A stretch of 63,343 nucleotides of DNA from an uncultured Gammaproteobacteria bacterium (lineage in GTDB: Bacteria; Patescibacteriota; Patescibacteriia; Magasanikbacterales; UBA922): the NCBI GenBank assembly GCA_964447765.1, contig CAYUTO010000005.1, forward strand, positions 1 to 63,343, given 5' to 3'. Made by a program: the position numbers and the translations under genes. Shown one piece after another: positions 26,732-35,595 of this stretch (positions are counted from its first letter, which is position 1; each line of letters opens with the position of its first letter). The notes below the pieces were generated by a model that worked only from the letters and a program-made list of their open reading frames with translations, was not told where the DNA came from and ran no database searches.

Positions 26732-27583
26732 ATGAAATATTTTCTTGATGTATTCTACAAAAGTTTTATTAATCCTGTGTGGTTTTCGAAACAGTCAAAG
26801 CAATCAAAAAAATCTACGTGGTTTTTTGTTCTTACTGTTCTCTTGTTAGCTCTGAGTGCGGCAGCAGTTGTTACTTTTAGAGCTATTCCATATGTAGTAG
26901 TTTCAGTGAAAGAGGTGATTGCAGAAGAAGTTCCTGATTTTCATGCAACTATTACTGACCACAAACTTTCGGTGACTGGTGTAGAACAGCCGTATATTCG
27001 AAAATTTGAGACAGAGGAGGAAGGTGCTCTTATACTTATTGTTGATACGGTGAGTACGAGTACGCTTAGTGTTGAACAATTTGTTACTTCTTCAGAAAAA
27101 GCAATACTCGTTACACAAGATCATGTACTCTCAAATACTACTGAAATTTTTGGAAGTACCAAAGAAGATTTTTCTGATATACCAAACATGTCTTTTTCAC
27201 GAGCAGATGCAATACAAACACTTGAGAATTTGGTGGGCTCATGGAGACCGATGATTATGGTTGTAATACTCACAATTGTTTTCTTGATTTGGGGATTGGG
27301 ATTATTGGCGTATCTTCTTATTTGTTCATCACTTGTATACCTCGTGTATACCCGCACTACCAAACAACCTGTAGGTGAGCGTTACACCTGGAAAGAAGTA
27401 TTCACACTCTCCCTATTTGCCTTTGCACTTCCAAAAATCATAATCACGGCGCTTTCATTTGGCTTTTTAGTCTCTATCCCTTACGTGGTTACTCTTGCGA
27501 TGGTTATCGCTGTATTCCGCGCTTTGAGTGTGAAAAAGTCTGTATCTGAACAAGAAAATGGTTCAGAAATACCGAATCTCTAG
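26732..27583 (+). CDS. DUF1189-like membrane protein
   Basis: TM, then IAEEVPDFHATITDHKL extracytoplasmic domain, then three TMs; the track TTG 26615 start overlaps rpmG. Confidence 0.65.
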   Translation: MKYFLDVFYKSFINPVWFSKQSKQSKKSTWFFVLTVLLLALSAAAVVTFRAIPYVVVSVKEVIAEEVPDFHATITDHKLSVTGVEQPYIRKFETEEEGALILIVDTVSTSTLSVEQFVTSSEKAILVTQDHVLSNTTEIFGSTKEDFSDIPNMSFSRADAIQTLENLVGSWRPMIMVVILTIVFLIWGLGLLAYLLICSSLVYLVYTRTTKQPVGERYTWKEVFTLSLFAFALPKIIITALSFGFLVSIPYVVTLAMVIAVFRALSVKKSVSEQENGSEIPNL

Positions 27584-27677
27584 AGTTTTCCACACTTGAT
27601 CAACTCGTTTAATTCAGCTATACTGTCTATTCGAGTGCTTTTATGTGCTCCTGTTATTTTATTACTGTCGTGATGTT

Positions 27678-28283
27678 ATGATTACACTATACGGATCTGC
27701 GAATTCAAGTGCGGGCAAATGTATTTGGCTTCTTGAAGAATTGAATGTTCCTTATGAGCAAAAGGAGTTAAACATGAAGATGAAAGAACAAAAGTCTGAG
27801 TGGTTTTTGAAATTAAATCCTAACGGGAAAGTTCCTGTATTGGTTGACGAAGAGTTTGTGTTGTGGGAATCTTTTGCGATCAATCAATATTTGGCAGAAA
27901 AATACAAACCTCAGCTTTTGGGAAGAACGATTGAAGAAAAGGCTCATGTGTCGCAGTGGAGTTGGTGGGCGGCACTTCACCCACAGCAATATTTTGATAC
28001 TATTTTGCTTTTTGTTATGTATTCAGTGGGAACTCAAGCTGAAGCAATCAAAGCAGGGGAAGATGTAAAACCATATCTCAAAACTCTTGAAGCACACCTC
28101 ACGAATAAAGATTTTGTGGTGGGAAAAGAATTTACCCTTGCTGATGTGAGTATCGGTTCAATCATTAATCTTGGGTTTGGATTGAATTATGATTTCAGTG
28201 AATACCCTGCAATTACTGCATGGATGGGCCGACTAAAGACTCGCCCAGCAATGATCTCTCTTTTGGCAAAATTAGGAAGATAA
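27678..28283 (+). CDS. Glutathione S-transferase family protein
   Basis: LNPNGKVPVLVD, LWESFAINQYL, FTLADV. Confidence 0.92.
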   Translation: MITLYGSANSSAGKCIWLLEELNVPYEQKELNMKMKEQKSEWFLKLNPNGKVPVLVDEEFVLWESFAINQYLAEKYKPQLLGRTIEEKAHVSQWSWWAALHPQQYFDTILLFVMYSVGTQAEAIKAGEDVKPYLKTLEAHLTNKDFVVGKEFTLADVSIGSIINLGFGLNYDFSEYPAITAWMGRLKTRPAMISLLAKLGR

Positions 28284-28324
28284 TAGAGGGTACTCGTAAA
28301 AAGAAAAAATCAAAATCACTGGGC

Positions 28325-28353
28325 TTGACAAAACGTTACCTTTTTTGTACACT
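28325..28353 (+). promoter_or_regulatory. Promoter of typA
   Basis: TTGACA-N17-TACACT. Confidence 0.75.
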
Positions 28354-28446
28354 AAGCCCATATTTTCGCCTTGAGCGTATCAGCTCGGGGCGTTTTAAAT
28401 CTCACTCTCCTTTCGGAGGATTATCGCGGGTTCCGCTTTGCTTCAT

Positions 28447-30234
28447 ATGGAAATTCGAAATATCGCAATTATCGCACACGTAGACCATGGTAAAACCACT
28501 TTGACCGATGCTTTGCTTCGCGAGTGTGGCATGATTACTGAGGAAGGTCAGACTATGGATTCAAATACGCTTGAACAAGAGCGTGGTATTACTATTTATG
28601 CAAAAAATACCTCCTTGTTTTATAAAGGAACTAAAGTAAATATCGTTGATACCCCAGGCCATGCTGACTTTGGATCTGAAGTAGAGCGTGTACTTCGATC
28701 GATTGATTCAGTATTATTGATTGTTGATGCACAGGAAGGTCCGATGCCTCAGACCAAATTTGTATTGAAAAAATCTCTTGAAATTGGATTGAAGCCAATT
28801 GTAGTTTTGAATAAAATCGATAAGCCAGCTGCTCGACCACAAGAAGCACATGACATGGTACTCGAATTGTTTATGGATCTTGGTGCAAATGATGAGCAAC
28901 TTAATTTTACGACTGTATACGCAATTGGTAAACTCGGTATTGCAAAAAAGAATCTTACTGATGAGTCAACCAATCTTGAACCATTACTTGATACGATCCT
29001 TGAAAAAGTACCTCCAGCTCGTGATGATGTTTCGAAGCCTCTTCGTATGCAGCCCTTCAACCTTGCGTATGACAACTATCTTGGTCGTCTTGCTGTTGGG
29101 CGTATCTACGAAGGTGTAGTAAAGCAGGGTGATAAAGTATTTATCAAAAACGAGGATGGTAGTGTTCGAACGGGAAATATTACTAAAATTCAGAATTTTA
29201 AAGGTTTTGCTCGTGAAGAAGTGCAGCAAGCTGAAGCAGGGGACATCGCTATGATTGCGGGAATTCCTGATATTTATATTGGTGAAACAATTTGCGCTTC
29301 AGCTGATCAGGAAGCTCTTCCTGCAATCAAGGTTGATGATCCAACCATTTCTATTGATTTTCTCGTTAACAATTCTCCATTTGCGGGAAAAGAAGGAACC
29401 TATGTAACCAGTAGACAAATTCGTGAACGATTGGAAAAAGAACTTGAGGTGAACGTGGGTCTGCATGTGGAATTTGGCAGTGGAGACCGTTATACGGTCT
29501 ATGGACGAGGAGAAATGCATATTGCAATCCTCCTTGAAAACATGCGCCGTGAAGGATTCGAACTTCAGGTTTCTCAGCCTCGTGTAATTATCAAAGAAGA
29601 AAATGGAGAAAAGGTAGAACCGTTTGAAGAGGTGACGATTGATGTACCTGATATTTATGTTGGTGTCGTGATTGAAAAAATGAGTAAGCGAAAAGGAAAT
29701 ATGACGAATATGATGCCTGAGGGTGGTCATACTCGTATTATTTTTGAAATCCCAACTCGTGGTATCCTTGGATATCGTGGAGAATTTGTGATGGATACTC
29801 GTGGAGAAGGAATTATGGCGTCACGCGTGACTGGATTCCGACCTCATGTGGGTGTGATTGAAAAACGAGAAGTTGGATCAATGGTTTCTATGCTTACTGG
29901 AAAAGCGCTTGGATATGCACTGTGGAATCTTCAGGAACGAGGTACGCTCTATATCGGACCAAATATTGAAATTTACGAGGGAATGGTTATTGGTAACGTT
30001 GCGAAAGGTCAGGATATGGCAGTGAATGCGATCAAAGGAAAGAAACTTTCAAATATGCGTGCGAGTGGAAGTGATGATGCGATTATCCTTACTCCTCCAT
30101 TTGAAATTTCACTTGAGCGTGGTATGGAAATTATGACTGATGATGAATATCTTGAAATTACTCCAAAAAGTATTAGACTTCGAAAGAAATATTTGACTGA
30201 AGTTGAACGAAATAAGGCGAAGAGATCAAGTTAA
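28447..30234 (+). CDS. typA: Translational GTPase TypA/BipA
   Basis: [48 protein letters not shown]. Confidence 0.97.
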   Translation: MEIRNIAIIAHVDHGKTTLTDALLRECGMITEEGQTMDSNTLEQERGITIYAKNTSLFYKGTKVNIVDTPGHADFGSEVERVLRSIDSVLLIVDAQEGPMPQTKFVLKKSLEIGLKPIVVLNKIDKPAARPQEAHDMVLELFMDLGANDEQLNFTTVYAIGKLGIAKKNLTDESTNLEPLLDTILEKVPPARDDVSKPLRMQPFNLAYDNYLGRLAVGRIYEGVVKQGDKVFIKNEDGSVRTGNITKIQNFKGFAREEVQQAEAGDIAMIAGIPDIYIGETICASADQEALPAIKVDDPTISIDFLVNNSPFAGKEGTYVTSRQIRERLEKELEVNVGLHVEFGSGDRYTVYGRGEMHIAILLENMRREGFELQVSQPRVIIKEENGEKVEPFEEVTIDVPDIYVGVVIEKMSKRKGNMTNMMPEGGHTRIIFEIPTRGILGYRGEFVMDTRGEGIMASRVTGFRPHVGVIEKREVGSMVSMLTGKALGYALWNLQERGTLYIGPNIEIYEGMVIGNVAKGQDMAVNAIKGKKLSNMRASGSDDAIILTPPFEISLERGMEIMTDDEYLEITPKSIRLRKKYLTEVERNKAKRSS

Positions 30235-30256
30235 CTGGTTATCTAGTTGTCTGGTT
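30234..30256. repeat. Unpaired 8-bp-periodic arm (CTGGTT/CTAGTT family)
   Basis: Units at 30235, 30243, 30251; ACTGGTTATCTAGTTGTC is 17/18 identical to 21530-21547. Confidence 0.6.
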
Positions 30257-30260
30257 TTGT

Positions 30261-30327
30261 AAGATTGAAGATTAAAAACTGAAGATTAAGGAAAATTTAA
30301 AATCTTTAGTCTTTAATCTTCAATCTT
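30261..30327. repeat. Periodic palindrome, AAGATTR heptamer family (copy 2)
   Basis: AAGATTG AAGATTA AAAACTG AAGATTA; right arm 30301-30327 reverse complement AAGATTG AAGATTA AAGACTA AAGATT; 12-bp loop. Confidence 0.8.
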
Positions 30328-30357
30328 TTTTATTTATTCATATCAGGGTGTGAGCTA

Positions 30358-30386
30358 TTGAAAAAGTTATTTATATTCGCTATACT
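30358..30386 (+). promoter_or_regulatory. Promoter of tRNA-Trp
   Basis: TTGAAA-N17-TATACT. Confidence 0.65.
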
Positions 30387-30406
30387 CTGGTAGATAATTA
30401 ATCCAT

Positions 30407-30477
30407 GGGCGCGTGGTGAAATGGTATCACTAAGGTCTCCAAAACCTTCGTCGTAGGTTCGATTCCTACCGCGCCTG
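30407..30477 (+). tRNA. tRNA-Trp(CCA), 3'-CCA not encoded
   Basis: GGGCGCG/CGCGCCT acceptor, AAGGT-CTCCAAA-ACCTT anticodon arm, G73, followed by CAA. Confidence 0.92.
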
Positions 30478-30493
30478 CAATTTTAATTTTTTT

Positions 30494-31696
30494 ATGAGAA
30501 ACAGGTTGTTGTATGTATTGGCCGCTTTATTACTTGTAGGTTTGAGTGTCTTTTTTTATTTTTCTCCTAAACCTACAACGATTAAGGGTGCTGTCGTAGC
30601 GCATTCAGAAGTAGCTGGTCAATGGGGTATCCGACCTAAGGGAATTTTATTTTCTCGTGATATTGTTTATGTACATGAGTTACCAACTTCACTTCAAAAA
30701 GAAGGACTAAGTGTGAAGTGTGGTTATAAAGACAATATTCGTGATGTAATTGGAATGGGAGATTGGGGAGTAGTGATTGATGCAAGTGATTGTCGTCTCA
30801 CTGATAGTTCTAATGTTGATACCTTGGAAGATGAGTGGAGAACATATACTAATGATATACTTGGATTTTCATTAGATATTCCAAGAAAAATATTTCCAAC
30901 CTATTGCCCTGAACAAGGAGTCACTGATTTACTTGTGATTGAAAGCGAAACTGATTCAATCCATTTTGGGTATCGATGTGGGGAGAACATAAGAGTTGTT
31001 TCTGGATGGAATATTAAAATTTTCAATAATATAGCATCCAATCAAGAAATTAGCAGTGTCTTTAGAGAAGTTTATTATAAGAATTGCGAAATAGATTTGA
31101 ATTTTGTTCCTGATACACAAGGTAACGTGGAAATTCGAGCAGCGAATTTTGAAGAACCCGTTAGTCCTGATAGTTGTTTTATTAATTACGCTACTCATTT
31201 CAAATATAATCCTCAGTTTAAGAAGATTGCGACGTGGAATATTGGTCATGAAGCAAATTTTTGGAAAGACAATGGAGGAGTGGGATACGATGAGGCGATG
31301 ACTGAGAGTTTCCGTTTTTTAGGTAATTTAGAAGATCAAGGTCCACATACGATGACAGATGTTGCAAATTGGCAAACATATGAATATGACGACGCTGGAT
31401 TTTCGATTAAATATCCACCTGGATGGAGGATTGATATAGATCGTGATGGTGCTTTGTATGTAATTACTAGTCTAGGCTTAGAACATAGGCAACTTCAAAT
31501 TAGTATTGTAGATTATGTAGCTGAAAAACAAGAAAGTGTCCTTCAAGATATTCTCATTGGTGGTGTTAGACCACTAAAAGTTTCTGATCGGGAAATTGTC
31601 GTTGTGGCAAATGGAAAGACGTATTACTTGTATGCTGACACTTTTTCTGATCAAGATATTAGTTCCATCGTACAAACCTTAACCTTTATAAAATAG
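30494..31696 (+). CDS. Membrane-anchored hypothetical protein with two PsbP-like repeats
   Basis: N-terminal TM; EWRTYTNDILGFSLDIP and NWQTYEYDDAGFSIKYPPGW. Confidence 0.65.
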   Translation: MRNRLLYVLAALLLVGLSVFFYFSPKPTTIKGAVVAHSEVAGQWGIRPKGILFSRDIVYVHELPTSLQKEGLSVKCGYKDNIRDVIGMGDWGVVIDASDCRLTDSSNVDTLEDEWRTYTNDILGFSLDIPRKIFPTYCPEQGVTDLLVIESETDSIHFGYRCGENIRVVSGWNIKIFNNIASNQEISSVFREVYYKNCEIDLNFVPDTQGNVEIRAANFEEPVSPDSCFINYATHFKYNPQFKKIATWNIGHEANFWKDNGGVGYDEAMTESFRFLGNLEDQGPHTMTDVANWQTYEYDDAGFSIKYPPGWRIDIDRDGALYVITSLGLEHRQLQISIVDYVAEKQESVLQDILIGGVRPLKVSDREIVVVANGKTYYLYADTFSDQDISSIVQTLTFIK

Positions 31697-31737
31697 TTCT
31701 AATAGTTCCGTGTGATGGTTTGTTTGCGGCAAGACCA

Positions 31738-31766
31738 TTGACAAATTCTCTTCTTTCTGCTATACT
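31738..31766 (+). promoter_or_regulatory. Promoter of the DEAD-box helicase gene
   Basis: TTGACA-N17-TATACT. Confidence 0.8.
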
Positions 31767-31869
31767 CGCATTTCATTCATTACTGAGGGGATTTACCTCT
31801 CATAGACTCGAATCTTCTTGTTCCATAGTTATAGTGGCCCAGTAGACATCGGGTCACTATATTTATTTT

Positions 31870-33312
31870 ATGGAACACACACCACAAACTTCAGGTTTTG
31901 ATAACCTCGGACTTGCTCCGAAAATCGTCGACATTTTGATTCAAAATAAGTTTACTCAACCGACTCCGATACAAGCGAAGTCTATTCCTGTTGCACTTGA
32001 AGGAAAAGATATGGTAGGAATTGCTCAGACTGGTACGGGAAAGACCCTTGCGTTTGGATTACCGATGATCCAGCGTTTATCACAGTTGAAAGGTCAAGGA
32101 TTGGTACTCGTACCAACTCGTGAACTTGCGCTCCAAGTGGAAGAAACACTTCGAAAGATTGGTAATAGTTTTGGTCTCAAAACTGCGGTAGTTATCGGGG
32201 GAGCTTCAATGCACATGCAAATTAATGAGCTTCGTCGTAAACCACATATTATTGTGGCGACTCCTGGACGATTGGCAGATCATCTTGAGCAAAAAACAGT
32301 AACACTTGATCAGATCAAAGTGGTGGTACTTGATGAAGCTGATCGTATGTTTGATATTGGATTTGCACCACAAATCAAGCGAATCTTATCGCTTACACCA
32401 AAAGAACGTCAGACACTTCTTTTTTCTGCTACCATGCCTGCTGAAATTGCAAAAATGGCAGCACAACATATGAAATTGCCGCTTCGAATCGAAGTTGCTC
32501 CGCAAGGAACGAGTTCAGCAAATGTTGAACAGGAAATTTTTATTATTAGTAAAGAACAAAAATTACAATTACTTCAAAAATTACTTGATGATAACAAAGG
32601 AACGGTACTCGTGTTTTCCCGAACAAAATTTGGGGCAAAACGAATTGCAGCTTCTCTTCGTCACATGAAGCATACTGCTGTTGAAATTCATTCGAACCGT
32701 ACGCTTGCACAGAGAAAAGCAGCGCTTGCTGGATTCAAATCTGGGCAGTATCGAATTCTCGTTGCAACTGATATTGCTGCGCGTGGAATCGATGTAACTG
32801 GAATTTCACTCGTTATCAACTTTGACTTACCTGACAATTCTGAAGATTATGTTCATCGTATTGGTAGAACAGGTCGAGCTGGAATGAGTGGTAAAGCAGT
32901 TTCTTTTGTAACACATCAAGAAAAATCACAAATTAGACAGATTGAGCGATTGATCAAGAAGTCATTACCTATTATCGGACTTCCAACGCTTCCTCCACGA
33001 ATTGAAATTCCTCGAGAAGAGAATGGACCTGAAAGAGGATATGGACGCCCTTATCGCGGTGGACAAGGCGGGGGTCAGGGTCGAGAAGAGAGAAATTTTG
33101 GAGGTGGAGGTAATAATAGTCAAAGACGAAATCGAACTCATCGATATGGCAACAATCGCCCACGACCAGAAGGTGAGCGCGGTGGTAGCTCAGGAGAGAG
33201 ACCTGCGTACAATCGTGGACCACGTACCGAAGGTCAGGGGAGCTCTGATGGTTCTCAACAGCGTTCATTTCAGCGCACCTTTCGAAGACCTACACGTCCT
33301 CAGAGTACCTAG
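31870..33312 (+). CDS. DEAD-box RNA helicase (RhlE-like) with an Arg/Gly-rich tail
   Basis: PTPIQ, AQTGTGKT, PTRELA, LDEAD, SAT, HRIGRTGR. Confidence 0.96.
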   Translation: MEHTPQTSGFDNLGLAPKIVDILIQNKFTQPTPIQAKSIPVALEGKDMVGIAQTGTGKTLAFGLPMIQRLSQLKGQGLVLVPTRELALQVEETLRKIGNSFGLKTAVVIGGASMHMQINELRRKPHIIVATPGRLADHLEQKTVTLDQIKVVVLDEADRMFDIGFAPQIKRILSLTPKERQTLLFSATMPAEIAKMAAQHMKLPLRIEVAPQGTSSANVEQEIFIISKEQKLQLLQKLLDDNKGTVLVFSRTKFGAKRIAASLRHMKHTAVEIHSNRTLAQRKAALAGFKSGQYRILVATDIAARGIDVTGISLVINFDLPDNSEDYVHRIGRTGRAGMSGKAVSFVTHQEKSQIRQIERLIKKSLPIIGLPTLPPRIEIPREENGPERGYGRPYRGGQGGGQGREERNFGGGGNNSQRRNRTHRYGNNRPRPEGERGGSSGERPAYNRGPRTEGQGSSDGSQQRSFQRTFRRPTRPQST

Positions 33313-33334
33313 AGTTAATTACAAGTCACTATCT

Positions 33335-33364
33335 ACCCCGCATCAGAAATGATGCGGGGTTTTT
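33335..33364. terminator. Terminator between convergent genes
   Basis: ACCCCGCATCA-GAAA-TGATGCGGGGT followed by a T-run. Confidence 0.85.
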
Positions 33365-33367
33365 GTT

Positions 33368-34177
33368 TTAGCCGAATATTCGTTTAAAGAATCCTGAAAC
33401 TTTGTTTGGTTTTTTGGTAGATTCTTGCTTAGGAAGTTCTTGTATTTGAATATCTTCTGTTTCTGGTGCGGAATGTATATCAATATGGAGTAGACCGGGT
33501 AATTCTTCTGGTCGCTGTTCTCTAATTATTTTTGCAGCTACGATAGGTTCAATATGTTTTCTGAAATTAATTTCTGCATTTTCAGTGTATGTATCTTCGA
33601 GATTCCTTAATGTTTTTAGGAGTCTTGTTTTGAATTGATCAGGTAATTCATTAATTGATTCAAGAATTTCCTGTTCTTTTTTGCTTTCAAATGCAGGGAA
33701 GAAATCTTGGAATCTTCTTGTAATCATTTCAATAATTTGGTGTTTAAGAATAGCTTTTTCACTATCCGAGATATCACTAGGGTTTTTCTTTATTTTATTA
33801 TCAAAAATTTCAGTATATGCTTCTTCGATTGTATCCATTAGTGAAATATTTTCAGACTCTGCACGGCGTAGAGTTTGTGAAATATCGTAGTTTGCATATG
33901 CAGAGTCGATTTCATCTGATATTTTTTGAGTTTTTTCTCGATCTGAGGATTGAGATTCACGCTTTGTGTTTGTTATTTTTTCATATGCTTTTCCTGCTCC
34001 GTAAGCAAGTTTACTGATAATTCGGTTTTCTTCTTCTGGTATTTCAGGGATTTTTTTAAGTTCTTGTGGTGTTACTAGCCCGCGGTTTGTTTTTGCTGCT
34101 TCTACAATGTGTGCAGTTGGTACTTGAGGCATGGTATCTGGGCGTCTTGTTTTTCTAGTTGAAGATTGTTCGTTCAT
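33368..34177 (-). CDS. AT-rich orphan, helical, with a C-terminal amphipathic motif
   Basis: 269-aa ORF; ends KVSGFFKRIFG; 14/60 GC at 33781-33840. Confidence 0.7.
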   Translation of the reverse strand: MNEQSSTRKTRRPDTMPQVPTAHIVEAAKTNRGLVTPQELKKIPEIPEEENRIISKLAYGAGKAYEKITNTKRESQSSDREKTQKISDEIDSAYANYDISQTLRRAESENISLMDTIEEAYTEIFDNKIKKNPSDISDSEKAILKHQIIEMITRRFQDFFPAFESKKEQEILESINELPDQFKTRLLKTLRNLEDTYTENAEINFRKHIEPIVAAKIIREQRPEELPGLLHIDIHSAPETEDIQIQELPKQESTKKPNKVSGFFKRIFG

Positions 34178-34228
34178 ATTTATAAATGTGGTTTAATCTG
34201 TGCTATACTATAACTCAATCATTTTCTT

Positions 34229-35590
34229 ATGGCAACAAAACAAAAAACATTTTCAGAAGCCTACATTGTCACGGTCGACATGGGGTATGGTCACCAGCGT
34301 GCAGTGCATCCACTGCGAGATATTGCTGCGTCTCCTGTGGGATGGCAGGATGCGACTATTATTACGGCAAATAATTATGCCGGAATTCCCAAGAGTGACC
34401 GCATCAAGTGGGAAAGTAGTCGTAAAGTCTATGAATGGATATCACGGCTTAAGAAAGTGCCGCTCATTGGTCCGTTGTCATTTTTTGTCATGGATTATAT
34501 CCAGCGGATTGATCCTTTTTATCCTAAGCGTGATTTATCTAAGCCTACACTTCAAGTAAAAGAAATGTATCGGATGATTGGGGAAGGGTGGGGGAGTCAT
34601 TTGATTGAAACTCTTAATCAGAAACCATTACCATTGCTTACTTCTTTTTTTGCAGTTGCTTTTTTTGCTGAGGAACATGGTTATCAGGGCGACATTTATT
34701 GTTTGTGTACAGACACCGATATTAGTCGAGCATGGGCACCGCTTGATCCAAAGACGAGCAGAATCAAATATTGTGCTCCAAATAAACGAGTAAAACAGCG
34801 ACTCTTGCACTATGGTGTTCCTGAGAAACATATTTTTGTAACAGGGTTCCCATTGCCAAAAGAAAATACGGGAACCAAAAAATTAAATATACTCAAACAG
34901 TCTCTCGGATGCAGAATTACTAATCTGGATCCTAATTTACGCTATCAGCGAAAGTATGAGCCTACGATTGAATCATATTTGGGTGCTCGCTATTGTAGTC
35001 GTGACCATGAACATCCATTGACTATTACGTTTGCGGTAGGTGGGGCAGGGGCGCAGAGAGATATTGGTATTACGATCCTTGAAAGTCTGCATGAACATAT
35101 TGATGCTGGTAGAGTAAAATTGAATTTGGTAGCTGGATCACGTAATGATGTGTATGTGTATTATGAAAATAAAGTAAGAGAATTGCATCTCAATGAAAAT
35201 CATCCGGGGATGATTAATATTATTTATGATGAGCAGAAGACGGAGTATTTTGAGAAATTCAATGAAGCCCTTCTGACTACTGATATTTTGTGGACCAAAC
35301 CAAGTGAACTTTCTTTTTATGCAGCACTTGGGCTCCCGATTATTATTGCTCCTTCGATTGGTTCTCAGGAAAACTATAATCGAGCATGGTTGCATTCAAT
35401 TGGTGCTGGATTTGAGCAAGAAGATCCTCGCTACACTCACCAATGGCTTTTTGACTGGCTTGAATCTGGTTGGCTTGCTGAAGCTGCGGTAAGTGGTTTT
35501 CTTCATGCGCCAAAAAGTGGTGCCTATCATATTGAGGAAGTGGTGTTGCGAGGAAAGCGGAGTGAAATTGAAGATGTTCATCTTTTGTAA
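34229..35590 (+). CDS. GT-B glycosyltransferase, MGDG-synthase/GT28-like
   Basis: VDMGYGHQRA, IYCLCTDTD, VTGFPL, VGGAGA, TKPSELSF. Confidence 0.65.
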   Translation: MATKQKTFSEAYIVTVDMGYGHQRAVHPLRDIAASPVGWQDATIITANNYAGIPKSDRIKWESSRKVYEWISRLKKVPLIGPLSFFVMDYIQRIDPFYPKRDLSKPTLQVKEMYRMIGEGWGSHLIETLNQKPLPLLTSFFAVAFFAEEHGYQGDIYCLCTDTDISRAWAPLDPKTSRIKYCAPNKRVKQRLLHYGVPEKHIFVTGFPLPKENTGTKKLNILKQSLGCRITNLDPNLRYQRKYEPTIESYLGARYCSRDHEHPLTITFAVGGAGAQRDIGITILESLHEHIDAGRVKLNLVAGSRNDVYVYYENKVRELHLNENHPGMINIIYDEQKTEYFEKFNEALLTTDILWTKPSELSFYAALGLPIIIAPSIGSQENYNRAWLHSIGAGFEQEDPRYTHQWLFDWLESGWLAEAAVSGFLHAPKSGAYHIEEVVLRGKRSEIEDVHLL

Positions 35591-35595
35591 CTTGT

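Noticed and set aside
18606-28335. Shared TTGACAAAACG at the glyS and typA promoters as a regulon motif
   Set aside because: Mostly the -35 consensus plus an A-tract; similar strings occur at 31738 and 60213, so there is too little extra information.
23271-31696. Prophage or integrative element at the tRNA genes
   Set aside because: No integrase, phage genes or duplicated tRNA 3' ends (att sites) were seen.
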